From: Alphaproteobacteria bacterium
GTDB lineage: Bacteria; Pseudomonadota; Alphaproteobacteria; Bin95
Direction: 5' to 3'
Length of the DNA: 64,000 nt
NCBI GenBank assembly: GCA_963665325.3
Contig: OZ224045.1
Span: forward strand, 96,001 to 160,000
Made by a program: the position numbers and the translations under genes. Below are positions 33,808 to 42,826 of the stretch, piece by piece. Every line of letters begins with the position of its first letter. Within the stretch, counting starts at the first letter, position 1. Below the pieces are notes generated by a model. The model worked only from the letters and a program-made list of their open reading frames with translations. It was not told the DNA's origin and searched no databases.

Positions 33808-35489
33808 CGCGACTGCCGGTTCCTGCCGGGGATGAAATTCTGTTCGTCCCGCTCGGCGGCGTTGGGGACATCGGCATGAACTGCGCCCTCTACGGACACG
33901 CCGGACACTGGATTCTGGTGGACCTTGGCGTCATGTTCGGCGACGAGACGACACCCGGCATTGAGGTGATCGTTCCCGATACCGCCGCGGCGGAGGCGGT
34001 TCGGGACCGCCTTGACGCCATCGTCATCACCCATGCGCATGAAGACCATATCGGAGCCGTTCCGCATCTCTGGCCGGAGTTGGGAGCGCCAGTCCATGTC
34101 ACGCCGTTTTCCGCGGCATTCCTCCGGCGCAAGCTGCGGGACGAACGCGCGGAGGGGGAAGTGCCCATCGTCGAGCACAGGCCGGGCGAACGCTTTTCGG
34201 TCGGCCCGTTCGAGCTCGAATATCTGCCTTTGGCGCATTCGATCCCGGAACCGAACGCGCTGGTAATACGCACCGGGGCGGGCACGGTCTTCCACACCGG
34301 AGACTGGAAGCTGGACCCCGGACCGGTCGTCGGCGAACCGGTGGACGAAGGGATCTTCCGCCGCCTCGGTGACGAAGGCGTGGCAGCGATGATTTGCGAC
34401 TCGACCAATGCCACGATAGATGGCGCAAGCGGTTCCGAGGCCGACCTCCTGAGCAGTCTCACCGACCTGGTCGCCTTGAAGGGCAACCGGGTCGTATTCG
34501 CCTGTTTTGCGAGCAATGTAGCGCGGCTCGATACTGTGGCACGGGCCGTCGCCGCCAATGGCCGGTCTGCAGCGCTCGTGGGGCGCTCGTTGAAGCGCAT
34601 GGACGAGATAGCCCGCCAATGCGGCTATCTGGCAGATATTCCCGCCTTCGTCTCCGAGCAGCATGCCGGATACTTGCCGCGCTCGAATGCGGCAATGATT
34701 TGCACGGGAAGCCAGGGGGAACCGCGCGCCGCACTTGCGAGGATTGCGTCGGGGTCGCATCCGCATGTCGAACTGGAAAGCGGCGACACGCTTGTCTTCT
34801 CTTCCCGCACGATACCGGGCAATGAGCGGGCCGTGGCCAGGCTTCAGGAGCGTTTCGTGCGGATGGGTGTGGAGATCGTAACGTCGAAGGACGCATTCGT
34901 GCATGTGTCGGGACATCCGGGCCGCGATGAACTCCGCCGCATGTACGAGTGGATAAGGCCGAAGTCGGCAGTGCCGGTCCACGGCGAGTTTCACCATCTC
35001 CGCGCCCATGGTCGACTTGCGCGCGAATGCGGCGTCGGGACGGTTGCCGAGATCGAGGACGGTGTCCTGTTACGGATTTCAGAGGACAAGGTGGAACGTG
35101 TCGGGGAAATCCCGGTGGGGCGCCTTGGCCTCGATGGCGGTCGCCTTGTGCCCCTCGATTCCGAGCATGTCCGGGCGCGCAAGCGTCTATCCGAGCAGGG
35201 TTTCGTTACGGGGTCGATTGTGCTGAACGGCCGGGGCAAGGTCCTCGCTGCGCCGCGTGTGTCCAGCCGGGGCATTGTGGCCGATGACGAGGTTCAGGGT
35301 CTTACCTCGGAGTTGGCAGACCGCGGTGCCCATGCTCTCGAAAGGCTGAGCGCCAAGCAGCGCCGCGACGACGACACCGTGGAGGACGCGGTAAGGACGG
35401 CCATGCGCCGGCATGTCCGGGCAAACTACGGTCGCCGGCCGCTTGTTGAAGTCCATGTCATGCGTATCGATGGAGGACAATCCGGATGA
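33804..35489 (+). CDS. rnj: Ribonuclease J
   Basis: [37 protein letters not shown]. Confidence 0.96.
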   Translation: MTRLPVPAGDEILFVPLGGVGDIGMNCALYGHAGHWILVDLGVMFGDETTPGIEVIVPDTAAAEAVRDRLDAIVITHAHEDHIGAVPHLWPELGAPVHVTPFSAAFLRRKLRDERAEGEVPIVEHRPGERFSVGPFELEYLPLAHSIPEPNALVIRTGAGTVFHTGDWKLDPGPVVGEPVDEGIFRRLGDEGVAAMICDSTNATIDGASGSEADLLSSLTDLVALKGNRVVFACFASNVARLDTVARAVAANGRSAALVGRSLKRMDEIARQCGYLADIPAFVSEQHAGYLPRSNAAMICTGSQGEPRAALARIASGSHPHVELESGDTLVFSSRTIPGNERAVARLQERFVRMGVEIVTSKDAFVHVSGHPGRDELRRMYEWIRPKSAVPVHGEFHHLRAHGRLARECGVGTVAEIEDGVLLRISEDKVERVGEIPVGRLGLDGGRLVPLDSEHVRARKRLSEQGFVTGSIVLNGRGKVLAAPRVSSRGIVADDEVQGLTSELADRGAHALERLSAKQRRDDDTVEDAVRTAMRRHVRANYGRRPLVEVHVMRIDGGQSG

Positions 35490-35890
35490 TCGGCCGTTTG
35501 AACCATGTCGCCATCGCGGTGCCGGACCTGGACACTGGCGCACGCGTATATCGCGGGTCGCTCGGAGCGCACGTCTCGGCTCCCCAAGCCCTTCCGGAGC
35601 ACGGCGTCACCGTTGTCTTCGTCGAACTGCTCAACGCCAAGATCGAACTGCTGGAGCCGTTGGGGGAGAAGTCGCCGATTGCGGGTTTCCTGGACAAGAA
35701 TCCCGCCGGCGGCATGCATCACATCTGTTATGAAGTGGACGATATCCTGGCTGCGCGGGACCGGCTGACGGAAGCCGGCGCCCGGGTTCTGGGAACCGGT
35801 GAGCCGGCCATCGGCGCGCATGGCAAGCCGGTCCTGTTCCTGCATCCGAAGGATTTCTGCGGCACGCTGATCGAGATCGAGCAGGCCTGA
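35486..35890 (+). CDS. mce: Methylmalonyl-CoA epimerase
   Basis: RLNHVAIAV, KIELLEP, GGMHHICYEV, FLHPKD. Confidence 0.95.
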   Translation: MIGRLNHVAIAVPDLDTGARVYRGSLGAHVSAPQALPEHGVTVVFVELLNAKIELLEPLGEKSPIAGFLDKNPAGGMHHICYEVDDILAARDRLTEAGARVLGTGEPAIGAHGKPVLFLHPKDFCGTLIEIEQA

Positions 35891-36126
35891 TGTCCTGGCT
35901 CTCCGGTGTTGTTGTCTTTGTCATCGTCTGGTGGCTGGTGTTCTTCATGACGCTGCCGGTCGGCGTACGGCGGGCGGGGGAGGTCGAGCGAGGCAACGAC
36001 CCCGGGGCGCCGGAGAGGGCCAGGCTCGGCCTCAAGGCGGCTGTGACCACGGTGATCGCCAGCCTGCTTACTCTTCTCGTTTTCCTGCTAATCGACAGCG
36101 AATGGTTTACATTCCGCAAGTTGTGA
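35890..36126 (+). CDS. DUF1467 family small membrane protein
   Basis: WWLVFFMTLPVGV..G.DPGAP; usual position after mce in alphaproteobacteria. Confidence 0.85.
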   Translation: MSWLSGVVVFVIVWWLVFFMTLPVGVRRAGEVERGNDPGAPERARLGLKAAVTTVIASLLTLLVFLLIDSEWFTFRKL

Positions 36127-36133
36127 TGCCGCG

Positions 36134-36688
36134 ATGAGCTATTGCACGACTGCCCCCGGCCATCCTTGGCATGGCCCCTACCACGACGACGAATACGGCT
36201 TTCCGACGCGCGACGACGCCGTGCTGTTCGAGCGGCTGGCGCTGGAGATCAACCAAGCGGGCCTTTCCTGGTTGACGGTGCTGAAGAAGCGGGAGGCTTT
36301 CTTCGACGCATTTCGCGGCTTCGACCCCAAGATGGTCGCCAGGTTTGACGACGACGACCGGGAGCGACTGCTCGGTGACGCGAGCATCATCCGCAACCGC
36401 CTGAAGGTGGCTGCCGTCATCGAGAACGCGCGCCGGGTCGTGGCTATTCAAGACGAGTACGGCTCCTTTGCCTCCTGGCTTGATGAACACCATCCGCTTC
36501 CGAAGGAAGACTGGGTCAGGCTTTTCAAGAGCAGTTTCAAGTTCATGGGCGGAGAGATCGTGGGCGAGTTCCTCATGAGCACGGGCTATCTGCCCGGCGC
36601 GCACGAACCAGGCTGTTCGGTGCATGCCCGGATTGCCGGTCTCGCCCCGCCCTGGATGCGCAAGACCGGCGTTCCAACAGACTGTTGA
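36134..36688 (+). CDS. tag: DNA-3-methyladenine glycosylase I
   Basis: YHDDEYG, LFERLALEINQAGLSW, IIRNRLKV, C-terminal H..C. Confidence 0.93.
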   Translation: MSYCTTAPGHPWHGPYHDDEYGFPTRDDAVLFERLALEINQAGLSWLTVLKKREAFFDAFRGFDPKMVARFDDDDRERLLGDASIIRNRLKVAAVIENARRVVAIQDEYGSFASWLDEHHPLPKEDWVRLFKSSFKFMGGEIVGEFLMSTGYLPGAHEPGCSVHARIAGLAPPWMRKTGVPTDC

Positions 36689-36751
36689 ATGCCCGAGCGG
36701 ACGCGGTAGATTGGCGCCGCTTTCCGCGACCGTGAATCGAGCTTCCTGCCC

Positions 36752-38068
36752 ATGCGCCGCACCCGCCTTTTCCTGCCGACATTGAAGGACGTGCCCGCGG
36801 AGGCGCAGATCGTCTCGCACCGCCTCATGCTGCGCGCGGGCATGGTCCAGCAGGCTTCTGCCGGCATCTATTCGTGGCTGCCGCTCGGTTTTCGTGTCCT
36901 GAAGAAGATCGAACAGGTCGTCCGCGAGGAGCAGGACCGGGCGGGGGCCCAGGAAGTGCTGATGCCGACGGTGCAGTCGGCGGACCTCTGGCGCCGCTCG
37001 GGCCGCTATGACGACTACGGCCCGGAAATGCTGCGTATCCGGGACCGGCACGATCGCGACATGCTGTACGGGCCGACCAACGAGGAACAGATCACTGAAA
37101 TCTTCGCGACCCATATCCGCAGTTACCGCGACCTGCCCAAGATGCTCTACCACATCCAGTGGAAGTTCCGGGACGAGGTCAGGCCCCGTTTCGGCGTGAT
37201 GCGCGGGCGCGAGTTCCTGATGAAGGACAACTACTCCTTCGACCTCGACTTCGAATCCGCGCGTCTCTCCTACAACAAGATGTTCGTCTCCTATCTCAGG
37301 ACCTTCGCCCGGCTCGGCCTGAAGGCCGTGCCGATGGAAGCGGAGTCGGGTCCCATCGGCGGCAATCTCAGCCACGAGTTCCTGATCCTCGCGGACACCG
37401 GCGAAAGCAGCGTCTGGTGCGACCGCGACTGCGTCGAGTTCGACATGCTCGGCCGCGCCGTCGATTACGAGGACCCGGACGCCGTCGGGGCCGTGGTCGA
37501 GGAGTTCACCCGACCCTATGCGCGCACGGACGAAAAGCACGATCCCGCCGCCTTCGAGGCCGAAGTGCCGGCCGAGCGGCGCTATGTCGGGCGTGGCATC
37601 GAGGTCGGCCATATCTTCTATTTCGGCGCCAAATATTCCGAGCCGCTCGGCGCCAGCGTTACAACCGCCGGGGGCGAAGAGGTTCCGGTGCATATGGGTT
37701 CCTACGGCGTCGGCGTTTCGCGGCTGGCGGGCGCGGTTATCGAGGCGAGCCACGACGACCAGGGCATCGTCTGGCCGGAGTCGGTTGCGCCCTACGGGGT
37801 CGGGATCGTCAATCTGCGCCAGGGCGATGCGCGCTGCGACGGCGCCTGCGAAGACCTTTACGCCAAACTTGTGCATCGGGAGCCGCTCTATGACGACCGC
37901 CCGGAGCGGGCCGGAGTGAAGTTCGCCGACATGGACCTGATCGGCCTGCCCTGGCAGGTGATCGTCGGCCCGCGCGGCCTCGACAAGGGAAGCGTCGAGC
38001 TCAAATGCCGCGCCACCGGCGAGCGCGAGGAGATTTCGCTGGAGTCGGCATTGGCGCGGCTCGCCTGA
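36752..38068 (+). CDS. proS: Proline--tRNA ligase (short type, no editing insertion)
   Basis: [47 protein letters not shown]. Confidence 0.97.
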   Translation: MRRTRLFLPTLKDVPAEAQIVSHRLMLRAGMVQQASAGIYSWLPLGFRVLKKIEQVVREEQDRAGAQEVLMPTVQSADLWRRSGRYDDYGPEMLRIRDRHDRDMLYGPTNEEQITEIFATHIRSYRDLPKMLYHIQWKFRDEVRPRFGVMRGREFLMKDNYSFDLDFESARLSYNKMFVSYLRTFARLGLKAVPMEAESGPIGGNLSHEFLILADTGESSVWCDRDCVEFDMLGRAVDYEDPDAVGAVVEEFTRPYARTDEKHDPAAFEAEVPAERRYVGRGIEVGHIFYFGAKYSEPLGASVTTAGGEEVPVHMGSYGVGVSRLAGAVIEASHDDQGIVWPESVAPYGVGIVNLRQGDARCDGACEDLYAKLVHREPLYDDRPERAGVKFADMDLIGLPWQVIVGPRGLDKGSVELKCRATGEREEISLESALARLA

Positions 38069-39315
38069 TGTTTTCGGCGTTCGAGCGGACCGTCGCTTTC
38101 CGCTATCTGCGCGCCCGGCGGCAGGAAGGGTTCATTTCGCTGATTGCGATCATCTCCTTGATCGGGATTGCGCTCGGCGTGGCGACCCTGATCGTCGTGA
38201 TGTCGGTTATGAACGGCTTTCGCGCCGAACTGTTCGAGCGCGTGCTGGGCCTCAACGGGCATATCGCGGTGATGGCGATAGATCGCGGCCCGCTCGGCGA
38301 TTTCGACAAGCTCACCGGAGAGGTGCGGTCGGTCGACGGGGTGACCAGCGCTCATCCTTCGGTCGAAGGGCAGGCGATGATCGTGCGCGACGGCAATGCC
38401 TCAGGCGTGCTTGCGCGCGGCATCAGGGCGGAGGATCTGCGCTCGCTTACCATCATCACCGACAATCTGCGTTCCGGGGCACTCGATGCTTTCGGAGACC
38501 TGTCGGGCGTTGTGCTCGGCGACCGCCTGGCCGCCCGACTCGGAGTCGGGCCTGGCGCCCGAATCTCTATGGTGGCGCCGAAAGGCAATGCCGGACCGTT
38601 CGGCGCCATGCCCCGGACCAAGGCATTTCGCGTGCTCGCGACCTTCCATGTCGGCATGTACGAATACGACAACACCTATGCCTATATGCCGCTCGAAACC
38701 GCGCAACGCTTCTTCAAGCTCGGCGACGGCGTCACCAATATCGAGGTGTCGACGGCCGATCCGGAGAACGTGCGGGAGGTGGGCGCGCGCATCCTCGCGG
38801 CAACCGATCCCGGCGTGCAGGTGTTCGACTGGCGCCAGTCGAATGCGAGCTTCGTCAACGCTCTGGAGGTCGAGCGGAACGTCATGTTCCTCATCCTCAC
38901 CCTCATCATCATGGTGGCGGCGTTCAACGTGCTTTCCAGCATGATCATGCTGGTGAAGGACAAGGCGCGCGATATCGCGATCCTGCGCGCCATCGGTTCG
39001 ACGCGCGGCTCGATGATGCGCATTTTCTTCCTCACCGGGTCGTCCATCGGCGTGATCGGCACCGGCGTCGGCTTCGGACTCGGCCTCGCCTGTGCGACGA
39101 ACATCGAGCGCCTGCGCCGGTGGGTCGAGAGCTTCACCGGGACGGACCTGTTCCAGGCGGAGATCTATTTCCTTTCCAGATTGCCGGCCAAGGTGGACTC
39201 GACCGAGGTGGCGGCGGTGGTCGCGATAAGTCTGGTGCTTTCGGTCCTGGCGCCGCTCTATCCTTGCTGGCGGGCGGCGCGGCAGGACCCGGCGGATGCG
39301 CTGCGCTATGAGTAG
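38068..39315 (+). CDS. lolE: Lipoprotein-releasing ABC transporter permease LolC/E
   Basis: GIALGVATLIVVMSVMNGF, FtsX-like C-terminus, DPADALRYE; ATG at 38068. Confidence 0.93.
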   Translation: MFSAFERTVAFRYLRARRQEGFISLIAIISLIGIALGVATLIVVMSVMNGFRAELFERVLGLNGHIAVMAIDRGPLGDFDKLTGEVRSVDGVTSAHPSVEGQAMIVRDGNASGVLARGIRAEDLRSLTIITDNLRSGALDAFGDLSGVVLGDRLAARLGVGPGARISMVAPKGNAGPFGAMPRTKAFRVLATFHVGMYEYDNTYAYMPLETAQRFFKLGDGVTNIEVSTADPENVREVGARILAATDPGVQVFDWRQSNASFVNALEVERNVMFLILTLIIMVAAFNVLSSMIMLVKDKARDIAILRAIGSTRGSMMRIFFLTGSSIGVIGTGVGFGLGLACATNIERLRRWVESFTGTDLFQAEIYFLSRLPAKVDSTEVAAVVAISLVLSVLAPLYPCWRAARQDPADALRYE

Positions 39316-39997
39316 GGCGGCGCTGGAGCTCGATGGCGTGCAGCGCACTTTCGTGCAGGGCGATACGAGGCTGCCGGTGTTGCGGCGCATCGACCTCACC
39401 GTGTCGGAGGGCGAAACCGTCGCGCTGATCGGGCCTTCGGGTTCCGGCAAGACGACGCTGCTCCAGATCGCCGGCCTGCTGGACCCGCCCGATGCGGGCG
39501 AGGTGCGGATCTGCGGCGAGAGCGCCTCCGGCCTCAGCGACAGGAAGCTGAGCGCCATGCGGGCGCGCCATCTGGGCTTCGTCTTCCAGTTTCACCAATT
39601 GCTGGCCGAGTTCTCGGCCCGCGAGAATCTGGTGATCCCGCAGCTGGTCACCGGGCGGTCGAAGCGCGAAGCGCGGAGGCGGGCAGACGCGCTGCTCGCC
39701 ATGGTCGGCCTGTCGAACCGGGCCAGCCACCGTCCGGCCCGGCTCTCGGGCGGCGAACAGCAGCGCGTCGCTATCGCGCGGGCCACAGCGAACGGGCCGC
39801 GCCTCCTGTTGGCCGACGAGCCGACGGGCAACCTCGACGAAGCCAATGGGCGCCTCGTCATCCGGACCTTTCTGGAACTGGCGCGCGAAGCCGGCGTCGC
39901 CGCTCTCGTCGCCACACACAATATCGGCCTCGCCCGCCAGCTCGACCGCATCGTCAGGCTGGAGGACGGAGCGCTGCATGAGGACTCAGCCGACTAG
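39308..39997 (+). CDS. lolD: Lipoprotein-releasing ABC transporter ATPase
   Basis: GPSGSGKT, GFVFQFHQLL, LSGGEQQR, DEPTGNLD. Confidence 0.93.
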   Translation: MSRAALELDGVQRTFVQGDTRLPVLRRIDLTVSEGETVALIGPSGSGKTTLLQIAGLLDPPDAGEVRICGESASGLSDRKLSAMRARHLGFVFQFHQLLAEFSARENLVIPQLVTGRSKREARRRADALLAMVGLSNRASHRPARLSGGEQQRVAIARATANGPRLLLADEPTGNLDEANGRLVIRTFLELAREAGVAALVATHNIGLARQLDRIVRLEDGALHEDSAD

Positions 39998-40822
39998 GGC
40001 ACGGTGCATGACCCGCTCCCGGGCGGGGTCGTAGTCGTGCCGGACCATGTGCATCGCCTGGGCATTGTCCCAGATCAGCACGTCGCCGGGGCGCCAGCGG
40101 TGGCGGTAAACGAACCGGTCCTGCTCGCAATGCGCGACCAGCCGGTCCATCAGCGCCTGCGAGGAGGCGGCGTCCATGCCGTCGAAGCGCTCGATGCGGA
40201 TCGGGTTGAAGTAGAGAGCCTTGCGGCCGCTGGCCGGATGGGGCCGAACCAGCGGATGGCGCGCGCTCGGCGCCTCGCGTTCCTCGTCCGGCGTCATCGT
40301 CGCCATGCGGCGCGGCGCATAGCGGCTGTTATAGACATGGTGGCCGACAAGCGGGTCCACCTCCCGGCGCGCGGCGTCGTCCAGCGCCTCATAGGCGGCG
40401 CGCTGGTTCGTGAAACTCGTGTCGCCGCCTTTGTCCGGCAGCCGGATCGCGCGCAGGATCGTGCCCCGGGGCGGGGCGGGCAGGTGCGAATGGTCGGTGT
40501 GCCAGGTGCCGCCGACATTGAGTGGCTTGTTGTCTCCCAGCGTGTCGCGGTGCCGGTTGGAAAGCAGGCGGATGAGCGGGAATCCCTCGACCCGGTATTC
40601 CGGCCGCTGCACCGGTTGCGGGACGTTTTCGCCGAAGAGGCCCGCAAGCCGCATGAAGCCCGCCTCGTCCATGACCATGTCGCGGAACACCAGCACGACC
40701 CGGTCGGTCCAGGCTTCCTGCAACCGCCGGCGTGCTTCTTCGTCCGCGCCGTCGCGCGCAATGTCGAATCCCAGCACCTCGGCGCCGATCACCCCCGGCA
40801 GCGGGCGTATCTCGAAAGACAT
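39986..40822 (-). CDS. TauD/TfdA family Fe(II)/2-oxoglutarate dioxygenase
   Basis: IGAEVLG, WHTDHS (HxD), GGDTSF, HPLVRPHP, WDNAQAMH, MHR; AAGGAG RBS. Confidence 0.92.
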   Translation of the reverse strand: MSFEIRPLPGVIGAEVLGFDIARDGADEEARRRLQEAWTDRVVLVFRDMVMDEAGFMRLAGLFGENVPQPVQRPEYRVEGFPLIRLLSNRHRDTLGDNKPLNVGGTWHTDHSHLPAPPRGTILRAIRLPDKGGDTSFTNQRAAYEALDDAARREVDPLVGHHVYNSRYAPRRMATMTPDEEREAPSARHPLVRPHPASGRKALYFNPIRIERFDGMDAASSQALMDRLVAHCEQDRFVYRHRWRPGDVLIWDNAQAMHMVRHDYDPARERVMHRALVG

Positions 40823-40844
40823 GGCAGCCATTCTCCTTTCCGGG

Positions 40845-41633
40845 TCAGATGCCCCTGATGTTCGGCGTGCGTCGTTCCCGCCAGGCGCTGTGGGCTTCTT
40901 CCTTGTCTTCGGTCAATTCCAGCGTCATGAACCGGTAAAGGTCAACGAGGGCGGCGTCCTTGAGGTTCGGGATGTCCATGCCGCGGTTGAGCGATTCCTT
41001 GGTGAGCCGGACGGCCAGCGGCGGCAGCGCGGCGACATGCTCGGCCACTTCCATCGCCTTGCCCATCAGCTCTTCATGCGGAACCAGCCACTGGGCAAGG
41101 CCGATGCGGTGCGCCTCTTCGCCGTCGAGCGGAAAGCCCATGGCAAGCCGCATGGCGAGGCCCTTGCCGACAAGCCGCGCCAGACGCACCGAGCCGCCAT
41201 AGGCGGGCAGGATACCGAGCGCCGTCTGCGGCAGGCGCCATTCCGCCCGGTCGCCGGCCACGACGAGGTCGCAGCAGAAGGTCAGGATGCAGCCGATCCC
41301 GATGGCGTAGCCGTTGACCGCGGCGACGATCGGCTTCGGGAAGTCCATGAAGACATCGAACGGAAAGCGCTCCCGCTTCGACAAATTCTTGACGAACTCG
41401 GCAACCGGCGGCATCGCATGAGTGTTCGGGTCCTTCAGGTTGGCCCCGGCGGAAAAGGCGCGCCCGTCCTCGTCGCCGGTCACCACCACCGCGCGTACGC
41501 TGTCATCGTCCGCCCATCGGGGAAAGCATTCGGCGATGCCGTCGTAGAAGTCCTGCCCCCAGGCGCTGCGGGCCTCCGGGCGGCTCAACGTCGCAAGTGC
41601 GACATGACCGTGTTGTTCGACGATAAAGGGCAT
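40845..41633 (-). CDS. Enoyl-CoA hydratase/isomerase family protein
   Basis: AFSAGANL, AAVNGYAIGIG, LPQTALGILP; ATG at 41633 with GAGGAG RBS. Confidence 0.9.
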   Translation of the reverse strand: MPFIVEQHGHVALATLSRPEARSAWGQDFYDGIAECFPRWADDDSVRAVVVTGDEDGRAFSAGANLKDPNTHAMPPVAEFVKNLSKRERFPFDVFMDFPKPIVAAVNGYAIGIGCILTFCCDLVVAGDRAEWRLPQTALGILPAYGGSVRLARLVGKGLAMRLAMGFPLDGEEAHRIGLAQWLVPHEELMGKAMEVAEHVAALPPLAVRLTKESLNRGMDIPNLKDAALVDLYRFMTLELTEDKEEAHSAWRERRTPNIRGI

Positions 41634-41769
41634 GCGGGTTGTCTCCTCGGGGCCTGCTTTCATGCTACGGGGCGGCTGGCGCGGCAGCAATGCGCGCTTG
41701 CCGTGAGGGGCGCCGGGTGGCGGACGCCGACTCCGCCGCCGTCGCCGACCGCCGGCATTACGCCCGCGC

Positions 41770-41802
41770 TTGACATTCCTCTCGTAAGTTCTATATATGT
41801 TC
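41770..41802 (+). promoter_or_regulatory. TTGACA promoter overlapped by an alphaproteobacterial LexA (SOS) box
   Basis: TTGACA 41770-41775; GTTC-TATATAT-GTTC 41788-41802 exactly fits GTTC-N7-GTTC and covers the -10 region. Confidence 0.75.
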
Positions 41803-41996
41803 TCATAAAGCCCCAACGGAGCGAAAGAGGCATGATCTGGACCTGACAGGCTATCGGAGCCGCGCAAGCCGCCTTTTCCTGACCTCCGCCGTGAACCGGC
41901 CGCTCCGCGGCGACAAGAGGCGAGGTCGGCCCGGCGGCCGGCTGTCGCGGTCTGCCTGACCCGCCGGAGGACCGGAAAATCGATCTCGGGTTGAAC

Positions 41997-42048
41997 GTTT
42001 ACGGAGGCCGCGTGGGCGCGGTTGTTTACGGAGGCCGCGCAGGCGCGG
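41997..42048. repeat. Tandem duplication GTTTACGGAGGCCGCG(nn)GGCGCGG, 27-bp period
   Basis: Copies begin at 41997 and 42024; 16-mer core identical. Confidence 0.85.
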
Positions 42049-42061
42049 CGCAGGAGAAGCG

Positions 42062-42496
42062 ATGGCGAGGGAATCGGCAGGCGGGCCTGCGGGCGCGCTT
42101 CGGCGGCCGGGGCAGGGCCGTCCGGTCGGCGAGGAGCTGCGAAGCCGGGCGGTGGCGGCGGTGTTGGAGGAGGGCATGAGCGCCTCCGCTGCGGCCCGGC
42201 GGTTCGGGATAGCGAGAACCAGCGTCTGCCGCTGGGTGAAGCGCTTTTGCGAGCACGGCCATGTGCGGCGCGAGCGCATGGGCGGCAGCGCCTCGCGGAT
42301 CGAGCCGGAAGGGGAGCGGATCCTTCGCATCCTCGAGGCGCGCCCGGCGATTTCCATGTACGGGCTGCGCGACGCGCTCGCCGCCGAGGGCCTATCGTTC
42401 CACGCGGCCACGGTGCAGAACTTCCTCAAGCGCCACGGACTGGAGCGCGAACGCCGCCTCGCCCGTCGCGGGCGGAAGCGGTGGACCGAACGATAG
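42062..42496 (+). CDS. IS630-transposase-like HTH protein without DDE domain
   Basis: ELRSRAVAAV..GMSASAAARRFGIARTSVCRWVKR and LRDALAAEG..TVQNFLKRHGL match the two HTHs of IS630 OrfA; AGGAG RBS; no catalytic ORF follows. Confidence 0.75.
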   Translation: MARESAGGPAGALRRPGQGRPVGEELRSRAVAAVLEEGMSASAAARRFGIARTSVCRWVKRFCEHGHVRRERMGGSASRIEPEGERILRILEARPAISMYGLRDALAAEGLSFHAATVQNFLKRHGLERERRLARRGRKRWTER

Positions 42497-42615
42497 CGTC
42501 CCGCTCCCCTCCCGCCCGGCGGACTACCGCATGCACGCATCCCGTTCGAGCTTGAGCCCGGTGCGCCCGTTGCCCCGGCAACGCCGCGAAGCCGGGGCCG
42601 CCCTGGTACCCCTGT

Positions 42616-42697
42616 ATCACCCCAGTCCCCCGAGCCGGTGTCCAGCCCCGCCGGAGCGGCCTCTTGCTGCAGTGCGAAGCTGGGGCCCGGATCAAGT
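42616..42697. repeat. Degenerate REP doublet, second hairpin truncated
   Basis: CCCCCGAGCCGG (42627-42638) is the reverse complement of 44600-44611; CCCGGATCAAGT resembles the hairpin arm and loop of the 46.3/46.9-kb repeats. Confidence 0.55.
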
Positions 42698-42722
42698 GTA
42701 AGCGTCCGGCCTCACCGCACCG
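42698..42722 (-). mobile_element. IS66-like terminal inverted repeat (solo end)
   Basis: GTAAGCGTCCGGC..., the GTAAGCG start typical of IS66 ends; no tnpA/B/C seen. Confidence 0.45.
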
Positions 42723-42826
42723 GCGCGATTTGGCGTTAGCTTCACGGTCTTCCAGGCGGCGGATGCGTTCGCGTCTCCACCAATGCACATCCGCCCGCTG
42801 GCCACAGGCGGGGCGGTGTGCGCGAG

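Noticed and set aside
36752-38068. ProS lacking the editing domain
   Set aside because: Standard short form in alphaproteobacteria
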